Source: Toensbergia leucococca
Taxonomy: Eukaryota
Direction of reading: 5' to 3'
DNA length: 64,000 nt
NCBI GenBank assembly: GCA_022813965.1
Contig: JALDZS010000056.1
Location: forward strand, 1-64,000
Shown here: positions 39,790 to 53,849 of the stretch, piece by piece
How the letters are laid out: every line of letters starts with the position of its first letter
Numbering within the stretch: position 1 is the first letter of the stretch
Program-made: the position numbers and the translations under genes
Notes under the pieces: generated by a model
Told to the model about the DNA's origin: nothing
Seen by the model: the letters and a program-made list of their open reading frames with translations, nothing else
The model's database searches: none

Positions 39790-40745
39790 TTTGAATATTT
39801 GATGTTGCTCAGATAAGCTGCTTTAAAAACGAGCACATTGAAGAGAGTCGTGTTTGTCTGCGCAAATATGTTATACGTTTTTTGCTATTGCCCAAACGGC
39901 TAAAGTGTTGGAAACAGGCAAACCTAATCGCAATGGGCAGGTGATTTACTTTTTCTTGAAATCTGGTTCCAGCGACAGCGACACTTTGGGTAAAACCAAG
40001 CCTGATAGGGGGCACCTGGATGGTCAGAACAATAATTGTGTGTAAGTCATCAGGAAGCTAGGAAACGCGACAGTAGGTAGAAGAGAAGTAACTAACAATG
40101 CAGGCCGCAACGCAGGCCCGACGGCATTTTTCTTTTGGGACAATTAAAAAAAAAAGCAAACGACCAAAACACGGCTCTGGACAGCGCATTGTGCAACTTG
40201 AAATTCCTTTCTTCTTTCCCGCCCCAGCTACTCCCAGCCCGACACGTGGAGGTAGGGGAAAATTGTGACAGAGGTTGAATGGAGGGGACACGAAAAAGGG
40301 TCGAAGGTGGAACAAATCACAGATTGTAAAACAAACATTGGGAAGGATGGTGGTATGATGAGATTAGACCGACAGAAACCAATCGCGTATCTGCAAAGCA
40401 TGATGATTGTTCTAATCTTGGCCATCGATTTGCTGATTCGTGGGAGCTGGCCGATTTTGGGCAGCAATGGTGACGCGCTGTGCATGAAGTTACTGCAACG
40501 CAAAAGCGAAAAACTGGAAACTGGAAACTGGAAAGTGGACAGTGGACAGTGGAAAGTAGAATATTCCATGAATACAGAACAACTGGGGTGCAGAGACAAC
40601 TTAACCAATATGCACAACATGCACGTAATCTGGCCCACTGCATCCTCCAAATGTCGACTAATCTTCCCTCCAATTGCTTCGGAACATGGTACATTTTTAT
40701 GTGGTCCAATCATCAATATATAATACAACTCTTGGCACATCTCGC

Positions 40746-43424
40746 TCATTCAACCCTTAGTATCCGAGCCCCTCTTCGTTTAGACACTCTCCTTTTCTTG
40801 TTTCCCTTATCAAACGCCACTGCGCTGGCGTGGTCTCGGCCCACATTATCCAGGTCCTTGACCTTATAGATCCTGATGATCCAATTCTCACTCGTGAATG
40901 CTTCTTCCAGCGTGTTCAATTGAGGCCCTTCTGCAGGCAGCTTCACCCCTCGGACCCTGTCCGTCGCTTGCCCTGCCGGAAAGAGCGAGTTGTAGTTGTA
41001 ATATGACATTTTGTACCTGGAGACCGTCAACATACTACATGATTGTAGGTCAATGAGAACTTACATCAAGCTGTTCTTCATCGTTGGTGTAGCTTCATCA
41101 TCCACCCTATACTCTCCCCTTGATGTAAAGTAATCACGCTCCTTTACTTCATCGGGCCAAATGCCCTCGGCAATACGAACCATCCACAAGAACTTGTTGA
41201 TATCGTCGCCCGAATACCCCAGAAGACCGCCAAATACGACCAGTACGTAATCAACATCATGTTGCCTCAGGATGGGATAGCTGACTTCCTCCCTTGAGCT
41301 CATCGCTTTCCCAACGGTAGCAATATGAGTGTTGTTCCACGTATTGTTGTCCACCAGCGTCGGTCGGTCGGCCATGCCTCCAATCTGGTAGCCATAATCC
41401 CACCATGACATGACTTTGGCATTCTCGACTGTGTTCTGTCGAAGCCAATAGTATGCTTCTCGATAATCGTCGATGATATGCTGGCTTCCATCAGGCATCC
41501 TGCTAGCAAGCACTACCGACGGAGAAGAATACGCATTGGAAGTCACCCAAGTACAATGAAGCACGAAGAGAACGAGGTACATCGTTACCGATCCAACTAC
41601 CGAGGCCTTGGAAATCCAGGAGTAAATTCCTATAATCGGGTTTCGCATCGATTTTAAAGACTCCTGCGCAGACGTATTTGAAGCTTTCCCATTCTCCACA
41701 GTGGCGTTTCCATTGGCATGCGTTTCTGTAGAAGGCGATTCATCTAGCAAGTAAGTATCTAGGATGTTCGAAAGCACCAGCGCCGCAGAGACACAGACGA
41801 CAGGAGTCAGCGTCAGCATCAACCTGACCATAACTCCTGAGAAGTAGGATGCTAATACAGCGTATATGACAACAAAGACCTGTTCATCCTTCAATTGCCG
41901 AAAGCACATATAAACTCCGGCGGGGAAAAGCCAGATAAGTAGGTTCAAGTCGAAGAAGAATGCAGGCCAAGCGGTCGGCTGATGCTCTGAAACCGAGGCA
42001 ATAATCGGAATATGAATCTTGGCATAACCGGTATCCCAAAGAGAGTAGAAGCGTCCGGTCCAAGGAGCGATGACTCCTGATATTGTCAACAGCACTAGGC
42101 CACCGACCGAAACTACAAAGAGGACCAAGATCATAGCCCGAAGAAGCGTTTGAAATTGTTTGTTGGGCACTTGCTGACGTATGAACTCAACGAATGCCAC
42201 AAGTTGTATTAGACCAAAGACACCTGTACTCGTCAGAATGTAGACGGAATGATAAGAAGAATTTCTGCAAACCCAAGGCCGACATATGCTCACTACTCCG
42301 GATTGGGAGGAATCCAACGAATGGAATCTGCATGCTTGCCAATGTACCAAGTGCGAACCAAGTACTGTAGCTGACGTAAAGTCTTGGACTATACCGTCCC
42401 ATCAAGATGAGTACGAATGCGTGTAGCGGTAGCAAGTTCGTAATAAAAACGTAGCCTCCCCATGCGGATACCATGTATCCGTAGAACAGGGCAGTCAAAG
42501 CGCCCCACATGGCGGATCCGTTCTTGACAGACTTGATCCACAGGAAGAAGGTGAAGACAAGAAGAAAGATTGCGATCGCTTCATTATCGTAGCTACCAGC
42601 AACAGATCGCGAGATATATCCAGGGGCAATTCCCATGAAGATGGCAGCGAGGAGACCTGCAGAGGGTGAAGGTGACATCTCTGACGTGAGAAGATATGAG
42701 GCAAGGGCAGTGAGCCCGGAGCATGCAGGTGCAAGAAGCACGCATATATTCCGAATATCAACAGGCATGGATAAAAGTCGGAGGACGTGGTAAATGATGC
42801 CGCTGGTCACCATCAAGCCTGGGTACAGTGTACCTCCAGTAACGCGGCCTAATGGATGCCATGTTCCTGCATGATTTCAAGCACTTCGTATCAGCCAAAG
42901 TCTATCCAATCAACCCTCGGATATGCCATCTAATAGCCTCGAATGCTCCAGACGCTCCTCTTCCTGAGTATTCCAATTCTCTTTCGTCAGGAGGTGCTTA
43001 CTGTCATCAAACCAATCCCAGAAGCTATAGAAACCATTCTGCACCAGATATTTTGTTGCTCGAAAATTGAACCAAGGATCGACTACCACATCTTTTAGCT
43101 TCTGATGCTATGAAGCTGAACACGCGTCTATAAAATAGCTCGAGAGCGCGGGTTTGCGGTGGGCTTACATTCGTGAATGATACTCTCAAACCCTACGAGA
43201 AATGATAGTCAGCAAGGCCCGTAATTGAGCTGTTTTGGCAAAAGCAGTCTGTGGGGCAAAATGCTTCCTCGGGGTCAATGTCATTCAAACGTACGGATTA
43301 CACTGAACAAGCGACTTGCAACTGCAGCAGCAGCAATTGTACAAAGAATAATAAGTCGAAGAAGTCCACGGGTGTTCCGGCCTGTATCACCCTTGAGGAA
43401 AGGTTCTATCGAAGCTGCTGCCAT
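40746..43424 (-). CDS. STT3: Oligosaccharyltransferase catalytic subunit STT3
   Basis: [51 protein letters not shown] and DINKFLWM motifs; about 5 introns. Confidence 0.98.
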
Positions 43425-46068
43425 GTTGCTGGGCGGTGTAGAGTAAAGGTCACAGAGCTCCTATCCATTAATTCCGAGCTGGATGTGTCCACATCTCTTC
43501 TTGCCAAGGATAAATGAGGCTCCGTTTTTAGCTTCCGCACCCCATGTACGGATATTCTTAGTTAAATAATCTTGCAATTACGAAGTACTCGACGCCCAAC
43601 TAATATTACTTTAACTGGGTAATCGGAAGGCATTACATTGCTCTTAGTAGCTTACTTAATGAAAATATCATCTGCCGGCTGGTAAGGTTTTGTCATTTTT
43701 GTCTATCGCTGCTAATGAATCCCTAAACCGAAATTTGGATGGCGAATACTTGGGCGATTGAAGAAGCATCCTCGATTTCTCGAAACTTTCAATGCTCATT
43801 TTTCAGAGCTCCGACCAGTATGGACCCAATCCATTCGATCCGACAAATGCGGATTGTATATTGGTATCCTTCGCTAACGGAGGGCTATTCATTGCAGAGT
43901 AAACTTATCAAGGCATCAATAAGTACCTGTTGTGGTGAGTTTGAGATCTTGCCCTGGGAAAGTAACGAACTTGGCTCTTTATACTAGATACTTCCACAGA
44001 TATAATAAAGCAATTTTTGTTCACGTCGACAAGATTTTGCTCTTTTGTCATCTTACAATATTGATATTTATTATCATGGACTCAAAATGCAGGATTAGTC
44101 TCGTCGGTTGAGAAAAATATTCGGGCTAAGCCATCTATTTTTTTTTACCTACCTTAATCACCTATCACCAAATCTTTGCCTGAATGAGGACGAAGGTGAG
44201 GATCTGCGATCATCCAAATATTTCAGAAAAATTAAAAGCATTAGAAGCATTTGTATGGCCCAGATGAATTGACTCGAAAATTTAGCAATGCCTTCTTAGC
44301 TCCACTTTTCATCTCATGCGATCAGTAATCGTTGCAGAATTTGACACTCACGGGAGACAGGTATTGTATTATCAAGTCCCACAGGTTCGAGACAGAGCAT
44401 TGTCTCGGAATAATACACTGAACGCAACAAATCATAGGAAGGAACGACCCAGCACAGTGTGACATGATGAAGACAAGGAAACTGCATTTCTTAACGTAGG
44501 AAATGAGCGTATTCAAAGAGCAGCTTGAAGAGCCCAGATCGAGAACGAATTTGGAATTCGGGAGTGTACCTGAAATCAACAACCACGATGTAATGATTTT
44601 TAAAGTCTGTCGTTGATTTCATTAGTGAAGCTTAGCGATCAACGGGCAGGAAAGTAAGACATCAAGTTGATAGACCAAGAGAAGCACGACGCAGCAGGAT
44701 ACGCTAAATCATATAGATCTGTGGATCGATTATTCACCGGTCCAGTCTAATTGTCGAGTTTATAGAGCAATGGGCTTTTGTACGAAGTCAATCAAAAATG
44801 ACCAACGGCTAAGGGAGCTCCAAAGATCCCCCCAAAAGCTAAAATGGAGGTTTCCGTTATGTTGTGGAATGGGGCAGTGAGGAGCCGTCAAGGGAGTCCG
44901 CAGAGCTAATGACCCAATCAGACGCCGTTACATAACCCAGTGATCTTCGGCTCTTCGAATAAATCCATTAGCTACCTAGGTGCCAGCAGATCCTGGGCAT
45001 TCTGGCCTCAGGCCTCTCTTAGCTTTCGTTTCCTTAGCTTTCGTTTCTGGATCCGAAGGAATTGGATTGGATTACTAGATAGTCAACCGGGTACTCGTAC
45101 CTTGGACGTTGAGGAACACGTGCTGACTGCGAAGTGCGTGCAGAAAAATGTTCTGTGGAACCACGGAAATGGGGACTCCGTAGCCTAAGCTGATGTGTCT
45201 GACTCGAAAGATCCTGCGCCCGGCCGGTGACAGCCATGAGCATGCCGGGCTAGATACTTTATGTACGAATATTGCTTTTAGCGACCAGACAAACGGCCTT
45301 TCAGGGTGCAAGTAAAAATCCTGCAGGCTCCAATGAAACATACGGGCCCGTGAAATCTGTGAATTGTAACTGGACCACAGGGCATCAGGATGTAATGGGC
45401 GTCGAAATATCATATTCCTCGAGTTTTGTAGCCGGGTGGCATGTGTCGTGTCCCGCTTCCATTGCGTTGATTAATGACTGACTAGCCAGGAGCCAGGGTA
45501 TCTTTAGGCAGGTCGGTGAGTATGGTGGTCAATAAATTTGGGGCAGAGTGTGGGATGGTGGGGGATGGGCTCGGTGGTGTGCCTTGCGAGCAGGTAGTGA
45601 GGTAGCCTCCATGACCCATGCTCGATGCAATAATTGACGCCCGGAAAGTCGTCGCCGCCTCACAGATGCACCTCAATGGTTGCCTCGTTTTTCATTTACC
45701 TTAGTCACACTCTTGCACAAACGCACCCGTAGGATTCAGTCCCGGCCCGCTTGACTTACTACGACACCGATAGGTGTACTAAGCCCTTGTCCTCTTTCTG
45801 GGCGTCGACTATCGAGTACACCGGTTAAACCTTCGTTGAGAAAGAGCCCCCATCCTGATTGATCTTAACCTGCTGGCAAACCACTTTCTCTAGGATCGCA
45901 CCTCAAACCTTCGCCTCGTCTTTTCACTTGGATCGTCGTCGCCGAACACCTACAGTAAGTTTTCTTAATCATGTTTGATCTCATTCCCCATGGCAATCGT
46001 TGACATGTTGCTAAACATCCTCGCAGCGAAGACTGGACCATCCGCTCTGTAGCGTAGCAAACGTCTCC

Positions 46069-48199
46069 ATGGCTACTCCCCGCTCCACCTCCGACCTTCT
46101 CCTCAGCGTTCTACAGATGGAGAAAGAAACGTTTTGGCTTAAGAACAGCAATCTATCACCTGACGAGTTGACACGGCGTTGGGCAGTGGAAAAAGCCGAT
46201 CTCATTTCCGTCCTTGGACCTTCGGCTCCGACTCGACGTCGACTGGCTTCGGAAACGTCACGACCCAAGGAACTATATCCAAATCCAACAACAGTCCAAG
46301 ACACACCCAAGATGACGAAGAGTCGCTCTGTAAGGGCATTCACATGCTCTGAAATCTTAAGCAAGACTGATCTTGGTTTAGGACAATCCCCTATCCTGTG
46401 ATCTCAACAGGTGCCAGAACAGCTCTCAGCATTCAGCTCCAATGTCAAGGAAAAGGTCCAATGACTCTCGAAATGGACCATCTCCCTTCACCAGCAGCGC
46501 TGTCGTCCCACCTCTGACCATCAACCAATGGGAGACTAACAACGACGACGAGCCTTTCAGTAGCTATACTGCTGGTAAACCATTGAAAATACGTCGTGTA
46601 GCCCCCGGAGCTCGTTCTCTACAAAGCCTACCAGAAATATCCGTCTACGATAACCCAGAAGACTTCTACAACAAGTCTGAGAATGGTAATAACCCGCAGC
46701 CGAGCTTATCGCCCACCGCTCCCCACATCCAACGCCCAAGACGAAACTCCTATCGCCTATCCTCATCGCCAGGACAGTTTTCCGCGTTCGGTAATTCCTC
46801 TACCCTTTCTCAATCTCCTGCTACGCCAACGTCGAGCGGGCTAACAAATGCAACATCGTTCGCAAGCTACATGACTCGTCAAAATAGTCATGCAAGTAGC
46901 TCAATCTGTGGAGGTATTGATATGATGAAGATCGATTCACAAATTTCCGATGTTCCCTCGAATTTCAGCATGAGTGCGGAGCAATTCCCACTCGACGTTG
47001 ATTCGTCGTTGGACTCATCCAACGACTGCGATGTTAGCTTGTCCGAGAATGATAGTTCTCATTTCATTGGTCATGCTGGTGGAGTTGTAGGCGACGCACT
47101 ACGTTCTCACTCTTCCGCAGTTCCTGTTGTTACTCAATCCTTTGTACCATCCTCATTTACTGAGGATGAGAGTGTTATGAAACGGTCAAGCTCGACAGAA
47201 ACTAACGCTTCAAGCCAATCTCGAGCATCAAGACGCAGTCAAGAAGTTGCTCAGAGCTCAAGACCACTCGCGCCAAAACTTCCAGACGACGATGCATTGA
47301 TGTCGAAGCAGTCATCGTCTTCGGGGCATCAAATGTTTCGCATCAGATCAGCGGATGGAACATCCAAAGAAGTCGTTTCGATCTCGAAAACTCCATATGT
47401 TCGCCCCACCCACGACAAAGTCAAATGTACCATGTGCAACGAGCAACCTGACGGATTTCGTGGCGAGCACGAATTACGTCGCCACACGGAGCGTGCCCAT
47501 AGCATCAAACGCAAAGCCTTTGTCTGTATTGACATTTCCTCTGACAAGAAGTTTCTTTCAGCTTGCAAAGCCTGTCGAACTAAAAAAAGATACAACGCAT
47601 ACTACAACGCCGCGGCCCACCTTCGACGAGCGCATTTCAACCCCAAGCAGAAAGGCCGCAAGACAAAAGGCAAGCCTGAAGAAAGGCGAGGTGGCAAAGG
47701 TGGAGGTGATTATCCTCCCATGGAAATTTTGAAGATGTGGATGGAGGAATTTGAAGAAGTTGTACACGAGAACATGCCGCCATATGATGACGACGCCATC
47801 GCCGACCTTGACGGGACGACTATGTGTGATTTATTTGCTGAAGATTTCGAAGTATCAACCTGTCAACTCACCGACAGCAATACTTCACGCAGCAATTATG
47901 ATTCGGCTTTCATACCTTCGCCGAACCTTGACATCCCCAACGCAAATCATCGCGTGCACACCGCCCAGACGTTCTCGTCATCAGCTCCCATGCAATCGCA
48001 TTCTTACAGCAACACCTCGTTGCGCTTGCCCCAACATTCTTTTGCTACAGACAAAACAAGTTTCCTTGACTTATCTCTTGATGTTAGTATGAAGGATGTA
48101 TCCTTTGATCCTGCTATGGTGTTTCATATGTCTCCGTTTGATAATTCGCAGCACTTTGATGAGTTTGATAATGCTCCTCAGTTCCCTGATTTTTCATAG
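46069..48199 (+). CDS. KLAP1 (key lime pathogenicity protein)-like putative Zn-binding regulator, about 692 aa; intron 46330-46381
   Basis: CTMC...GFRGEHELRRHTERAH...C...CKAC...YNAYYNAAAHLRRAHF...GKGGGDYPPM..LK.WM domain, recognised from memory as the KLAP1-type family. In-frame splice, plus a probable 5'UTR intron near 45955-46026. Confidence 0.72.
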
Positions 48200-49099
48200 A
48201 ACTCTATCTGCACGATTTCTTGTTGATTTTGTTTGTGCTAAGTCATATTTCGATCTTGTCTAGTTACCGTGATTGGAGGATGTTACTGTGCTGTATCAAA
48301 TAAGTGTAGCTTGGAAAGTCATTGGCTTTAGTGGAGGGACAGTGGCACTTATGGATGGCTGTTTGAAAATCTTTGTTTAACGTTGCCGATGTTCATGATA
48401 TGAATAGGTTCTCAGCGCCTTGTCTTACTAGTCATCTGAAGGATGACATGCCTCTTTCTATTATATATCATACTGTATTCGTTGGACACCTAGGCTCGCC
48501 TCAGCAATACAAGCAGCCATTTACGAAGCTCCGAGTAAGAACGATGTACGGATACACATGAATAAGACCAGTCGTAGAGATGACGATGTACTACTGTGGC
48601 GAAGATGGCTGTACCCTAGCACAGCCCCAGAGATGCGTATGAATTTGCGCCCCGGTGAAGCAATGCCGGATATTGATTCGTTAGATGAGTCGCTTGTGAC
48701 TCAGCATAATCACGGATGGGGTGTAGAATGCGGTGCTAACCTGCTAGGGTTGGTAAACGGGAGACGGGTTTGGGGGTGTTTAGAAAGAGGCTGGTTTGAA
48801 TTCCATCTTCTGAAGAATATCCATCCGTGCATCTCGCTTCTTTATCCAATCATTATAATTTGCCTCGAGCCACCCTTACATAGCCTTCTTCTCAGCTCGA
48901 TCGCAACCCTACTTGTTAACCCTCCGTATTCCTTCATTTCTCTAACACGATCATCAAACCCTTCATCATTGATTGCAACGCCTGCCTCAACATTCACCTA
49001 TAGGTAACGCAAATGTACGTCTTTACTAGTGAGGCACAGTCACGAACCGTTGAAAGCTGATCACATCTCCAGACTTCAAACCTCACAACAGCAACCATC

Positions 49100-49716
49100 A
49101 TGTCGAATCAAGGCTACTACAACAACGGTCCTCAGTATCCTCAGCAGAGGTTAGTCTCTTTCGCGCCCCCTTCTTTACCCTCTGAGGCATTCTTTTCATT
49201 ATCTGTCCCAAGTTCCACAAGCGCTTGATGCATTCGGCTTCAGATCTCTGATACTGACTTTCCTAACCTTTCTAAAGCTATGGCGGCCCACCACAACAAC
49301 AAGGCTACCCACCACAGCAAGGCTATGGCGGATACAATCAAGGCCCTCCGGTATGTCCCCTCCTCGCAAACCAGAATCTCCATCGTGAGACCAAGACTAC
49401 AAGGATGGAAATACAAGCAGCAGAGAGTCGCAGCGCTGATGTCATTGTCCGGGACAAATAGATGCAATACCAACAAGGTCCCCCCCAGCAAGTTGTTGTA
49501 AAGCGCCAGAATAATAAAGGCTGTCTTGAAGCTTGGTAGGTCACCAAATACAACTGTACCTCGTTCCTCTTCGCCTTGGGTCGCTCCTCCGATGCGCGCA
49601 AAAAGCTGATTTCGCACCAATCAAACAGTTTCGCTGCCCTTTGCTGCTGCTTCGTCGCCGAAGAAGGATGTGAATGTTGCGCTGATTGCTGCGAGTGCGC
49701 CGAGGACTGCTGCTGA
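49100..49716 (+). CDS. CYSTM-type cysteine-rich tail-anchored protein with Q/G/Y/P-rich N-terminus, 4 exons, about 94 aa
   Basis: Spliced product MSNQGYYNNGPQYPQQ...GCLEACFAALCCCFVAEEGCECCADCCECAEDCC*. Not present in the ORF track. Confidence 0.85.
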
Positions 49717-50436
49717 AAATGGAGGGAGTTTGCAAGCTTTAGGTAGATCCGGATGGGTGCAGAATGACATACGGGGCCTGGGACATCGATCGCCGGAGGC
49801 ACGGGACTGTGTAGATGAAGCTATGAATCGGCGTGGAGTCAAACAGCAAGATGCGGGCGTGGTGACAGCACTGATTTCGTACGGCATTCAATTGATAATG
49901 CGGCATACTTCATTTCAATTACAACCTGACTGTACATTTTGCATGTAATTCGCTACATTAATCTCCCTTTTCAGTGCGTACACAGGAATCTGACTTGGTT
50001 ATTTCCAGTCACAGTTGTTGTGAGCAGAACTCATCAAGGTTCGAATCGTTGTTATTCATTGATTCAGTAGAGAGCCTTTTCCGTACGGAATACTTCTTTC
50101 TTACCGAAGCCTAGGGCTCTGTGTAATCTCGACTCCTTTCAATTTTGTTCTCCTTTCTCGTACTACCAAAGGATCTTCTTGGAAAGGAAGCTTACCTCAC
50201 TCTGGATGTCTCCAATCATGTTATAGCCATAAACTTGTACAGCCTCAGCAATAATTGTTGATGTGTATAGTATACGATTTATCATCCCTGAAGCCCAATA
50301 GTACCTTCAAGGAAATCGGAAACAGTTCACTCATGTATCTCTTTGTTATCCTCGTACCGATAGATTAAAGCACTCTTCAGCGCGTAGTCAAATATGTGTA
50401 GACTAAATCATCGATAGACATTAGATGAGCCGCTAG

Positions 50437-51811
50437 CTACTGGGCAGAGAAGGAGACGTTGGTTCCAGGTTTAGTGTTCACTTGCATGGAACTACAAATG
50501 AATCTCAGTATAAATCGGAGCGAGTGATATGCTACTTACAAGATGTCAGGTCGAGAATAACTTCCCACTGGATCGAAGTCCATCTACAGCATGAGATTTG
50601 CATCAGCCAACAGCCCCATACAGCACCATACAGAAGATGGCTTTTACCCTGGCTTCCGTCAAATCGGTCATTGTCAGGGTCGCGTAGACAATCTCTTCTT
50701 TATCCCAAACAGGCTCAGCTAGAAAGGTACCGAGAGGTCCAACTACACATGAGCCACCATGACTCAAGATATCGTCAGGGACCCATACTGAGCCGTCAGC
50801 TTTGCGGTCGTGGTGTTCTGGCGTGAAGGGTGGGTAGTCGACTGGGAAATCGGAGACCTTGCAGAACTGGTTCACGGAAATGACGAAACATCGACCTTCT
50901 TTGGCTATGTGCTGCATGGATGCTATCCAGGAGGGCAAGTCGTCGGCGTTGGGGGCAAGATATATCCTGATCATTGAAAATCACGAGTCAGTACTCGATT
51001 AAAACTGCTAGTCGGTGTTGTAGGGCGGGTGTGATGTGACCTACTCGATACCCTTCTGGTAGAGTGCAAGTCTGGCTGCGGGCATGTAATTCTCCCAGCT
51101 GTGAGGTTATAAGCATAGTACTCCATAGACGGATATGCTGTGCAGACCAAATCAGCCCTCCAACTTTGCCAACTTCCGTGTCAGCAACGGCCAGTCCATC
51201 TCCAGAGCCCCGACCCCAAACCAGACGTTCAGCAGCTGTTGGTATCAACTGTAGTCCTAGTCAGTGGTGCTTCAGTCAGCTCACAGCAATCCATCTTCTC
51301 GCCTTTCGATGTCGATACAAGAGAGCGCCATCTCTGCCAATCAAAATGGAGGTACAGTAGAGAGTGCCTCCCTCCTTTTCAACGATACCAACTTGAAGGT
51401 AAACCTTGTACTTTCTTGCAGTGCTGGAGAGGACATCGAATTCTGGAGATGGGATCGAAACAGCAGCATCGTGGTATTTGGCAAACCATTTACGGCCTAT
51501 GCTTGTCAAAATCAGAGTGTGAGAGATATAATAGGTATTCTTCATCTAACCGCGAGGTTCGCGTGCCCCGATTGTAGCATCAAAAGCGTATCGCCAAGGG
51601 TATGCCGATAAGAAAGCCTCCCTTCATCTCGCACAAGTATCAACAGGCATCCTTTACGATTAAAGTATGGCATTTACGGAAAGACAATCAAATCACTCCC
51701 TGCATTCGCTGCCTCTGCTGTGAACTCGACAACCTTTGACAGGCTCTTTGCAAGATTGAAGGCCACTGGCGCAGCTTGTACTGCTGCAACTTTGACCGTC
51801 TCATGGGTCAT
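50437..51811 (-). CDS. Nitrilase (carbon-nitrogen hydrolase branch 1), 8 exons
   Basis: KVAAVQAAP start. Catalytic triad VFP|E, HRK|LIPT.AERLVWG.G.G, IC|WENYMP. Also HIAKEGRCFVIS and DFDPVGSYSRPD. Confidence 0.93.
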
Positions 51812-52088
51812 TGTCGTCCTACACAGAGCTGAAATACGATGGAGAGGATTGAACGTCGCTTTGGAGCTATCATGCTACTTAGGATAGAAGATAGACAATG
51901 GAGGTGGCTTGTCGTACTCGTATCACAGCAAATCCCGGCCATGTAGATCGCCAGCAAAGCCCGGAAACACGACATGAGAGCGTCGAAATCCCGACACGAA
52001 GCTGTCAGATTCAGAAGCTCCACTTCTGAGCAGATAAGTGGGTGATGGCTTGTGCGTCGAAATGTAACTCACTTTACCCAGCCGAAAA
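51812..52088. promoter_or_regulatory. 277-bp bidirectional promoter (nitrilase / homoserine O-acetyltransferase) with CAAA(T/G)CCCG sites at 51929-51937 and 51955-51963
   Basis: Divergent ATGs at 51811 and 52089. Two exact motif copies plus one near copy (GAAATCCCG, 51985-51993), and a GATAAG at about 52033. Confidence 0.7.
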
Positions 52089-53617
52089 ATGGCAGTCCGT
52101 ATGAAGCCTCCCTCCTTCCAAGCCCTAATTAGCCATTGCTACCTCCCTTACTAATTGCTAGGGCAGATCTCAACTACACCCCAGAAAAGAAAAATGTTTA
52201 CGTAGATTTGATCTCGAATCAGAACTTTGCTCTACTGTCTACCTTCACACTGGATTCCGGCCATCAACTCAAGTCCTGTCCAGTAGCTTACAAGACATGG
52301 GGTGTTCTTAATGAAGCCTGTGATAATGTCATTGTCATCTGCCATGCTTTGTCTGGTAGTAGCGATGTGGAAGACTGGTGGGGGCCACTAATGGGCCCAG
52401 GCAAAGCCTTTGACTACACAAGATATCTTATATTCTGTGGCAACCTCTTGGGCTCACCTTATGGCTCAGCTTCTCCACTCACCACAAATCCAGAGACCGG
52501 GTGTGCCTATGGCCCAGAGTTCCCAGCTACCACCATTAGGGATGACGTAAGGTGCGTTCTCGTTCATTCTTTCCTTTAACCTACTCATTGAGTGCTGACA
52601 TGCTCATGCCGAAGAGTACAAAAGATGGTGCTTGACGCTCTTGGCGTTCAATCAGTAGCAGCAGTCGTGGGAGGTTCAATGGGCGGCATGGCAGCACTTG
52701 AATGGCCGTTGTGTACGCCGATTGGATATGTCAAGACAATCTTCCCAATCGCAACATCAGCGGATCACAGCGCCTGGGGCATTAGCTGGGCGGAGGCCCA
52801 AAGGCAATGTATCTATGCTGATCCCAAGTATGAAGATGGCTACTACGAAGCTATCCCTGCAAACCAGCCATCCACTGGTTTGGCAGCTGCGAGGATGGTA
52901 GCAATGCTTACGTATCGCTCTTGTGTCTCCTTTGATAATCGTTTTGGCAGAAAGCCGCCACCACGAACCGAAAAGAAGACCTCACGCAAACCGAAAAGCG
53001 ATCTGTCTCCTACAAATCAAAATGGCAGTGATCTTGCTCAAAACCCAAAGGATGACGCCTTTAGATCCCCCAAGCGCGCTCGCATCGAATCTTTAACCAA
53101 CGGAGCCAAGAAATTGATAGATCGCACCCAGCCTCCTATATACTCGGCTCAGGGTTATCTACAATATCAAGGCGAAAAGTTCATTCGCCGTTTTGATGCT
53201 AATTGCTATATCCATCTCACTCGCAAAATGGATTCCCATGATGTGACTTCAGACAGAGTCGACATGGAGACGCGTGACGGTGACAGCGAATCCAGGGACG
53301 AGGCTGTGACGCAGGCATTGAAAGCTGTTCCTCCCAGAGCTCTCGTTGTCAGTATCGAAACAGATACGCTTTTCCATCCCGAGCAACAAGTCAGGCTTGC
53401 CAGATGTCTGCCCGATGCGACATTGGCCGTTCTGAAATCCATGGACGGCCATGATGGATTCTTGTTGGAATTCGAGGCGCTGAATGATCTTATCCTTGAA
53501 CGGCTCCACGAACGTTGTGCCTGGGTGTACGATGGTCGACCCCTTATTGAGAGTAATGGCTCGGGTGTTGTGTCTGTCCAAGACAGCGTATTTGGCGAAG
53601 CTGAGTCCGGTTGGTAA
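52089..53617 (+). CDS. MET2: Homoserine O-acetyltransferase (Met2/Fub5-like, probably a cluster-dedicated paralog), 3 exons
   Basis: ICHALSGS, GGSMGG nucleophile, ARMVAMLTYR, YLQYQGEKF..RFDANCY, DGHDGFLLE. A short first exon (ATG 52089) splices in frame. Confidence 0.92.
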
Positions 53618-53840
53618 AGACTGGCAAGACATTCAATTCGAGGCATATGATTGTACTTCCTATTGTTTAATGGCTGGAAACAAAGCAATGATTACATGAT
53701 AGGCTTTGTTATCGGAGCGTCCTACCAGACTAGAGATTTGGGATTACAGTACCTGAGTGTGAAGACACGAAACTTGTAACGAGAATTGAGGTGATGTTCA
53801 GTCTATCCAAGAATTACACGAAGATGGCGAGCTGCGGCTT

Positions 53841-53849
53841 CGGGATTTG
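53841..53849 (-). promoter_or_regulatory. CAAATCCCG cluster motif upstream of the aspartate kinase gene
   Basis: cgggatttg on the + strand, about 285 bp upstream of ATG 54134. Same motif as in the other cluster promoters. Confidence 0.55.

Noticed and set aside
40509..40558. 7-bp tandem repeat (GGAAACT/GGACAGT); also small duplications at about 45018-45047 and 63410-63445
   Set aside because: Ordinary slippage-type minisatellites.
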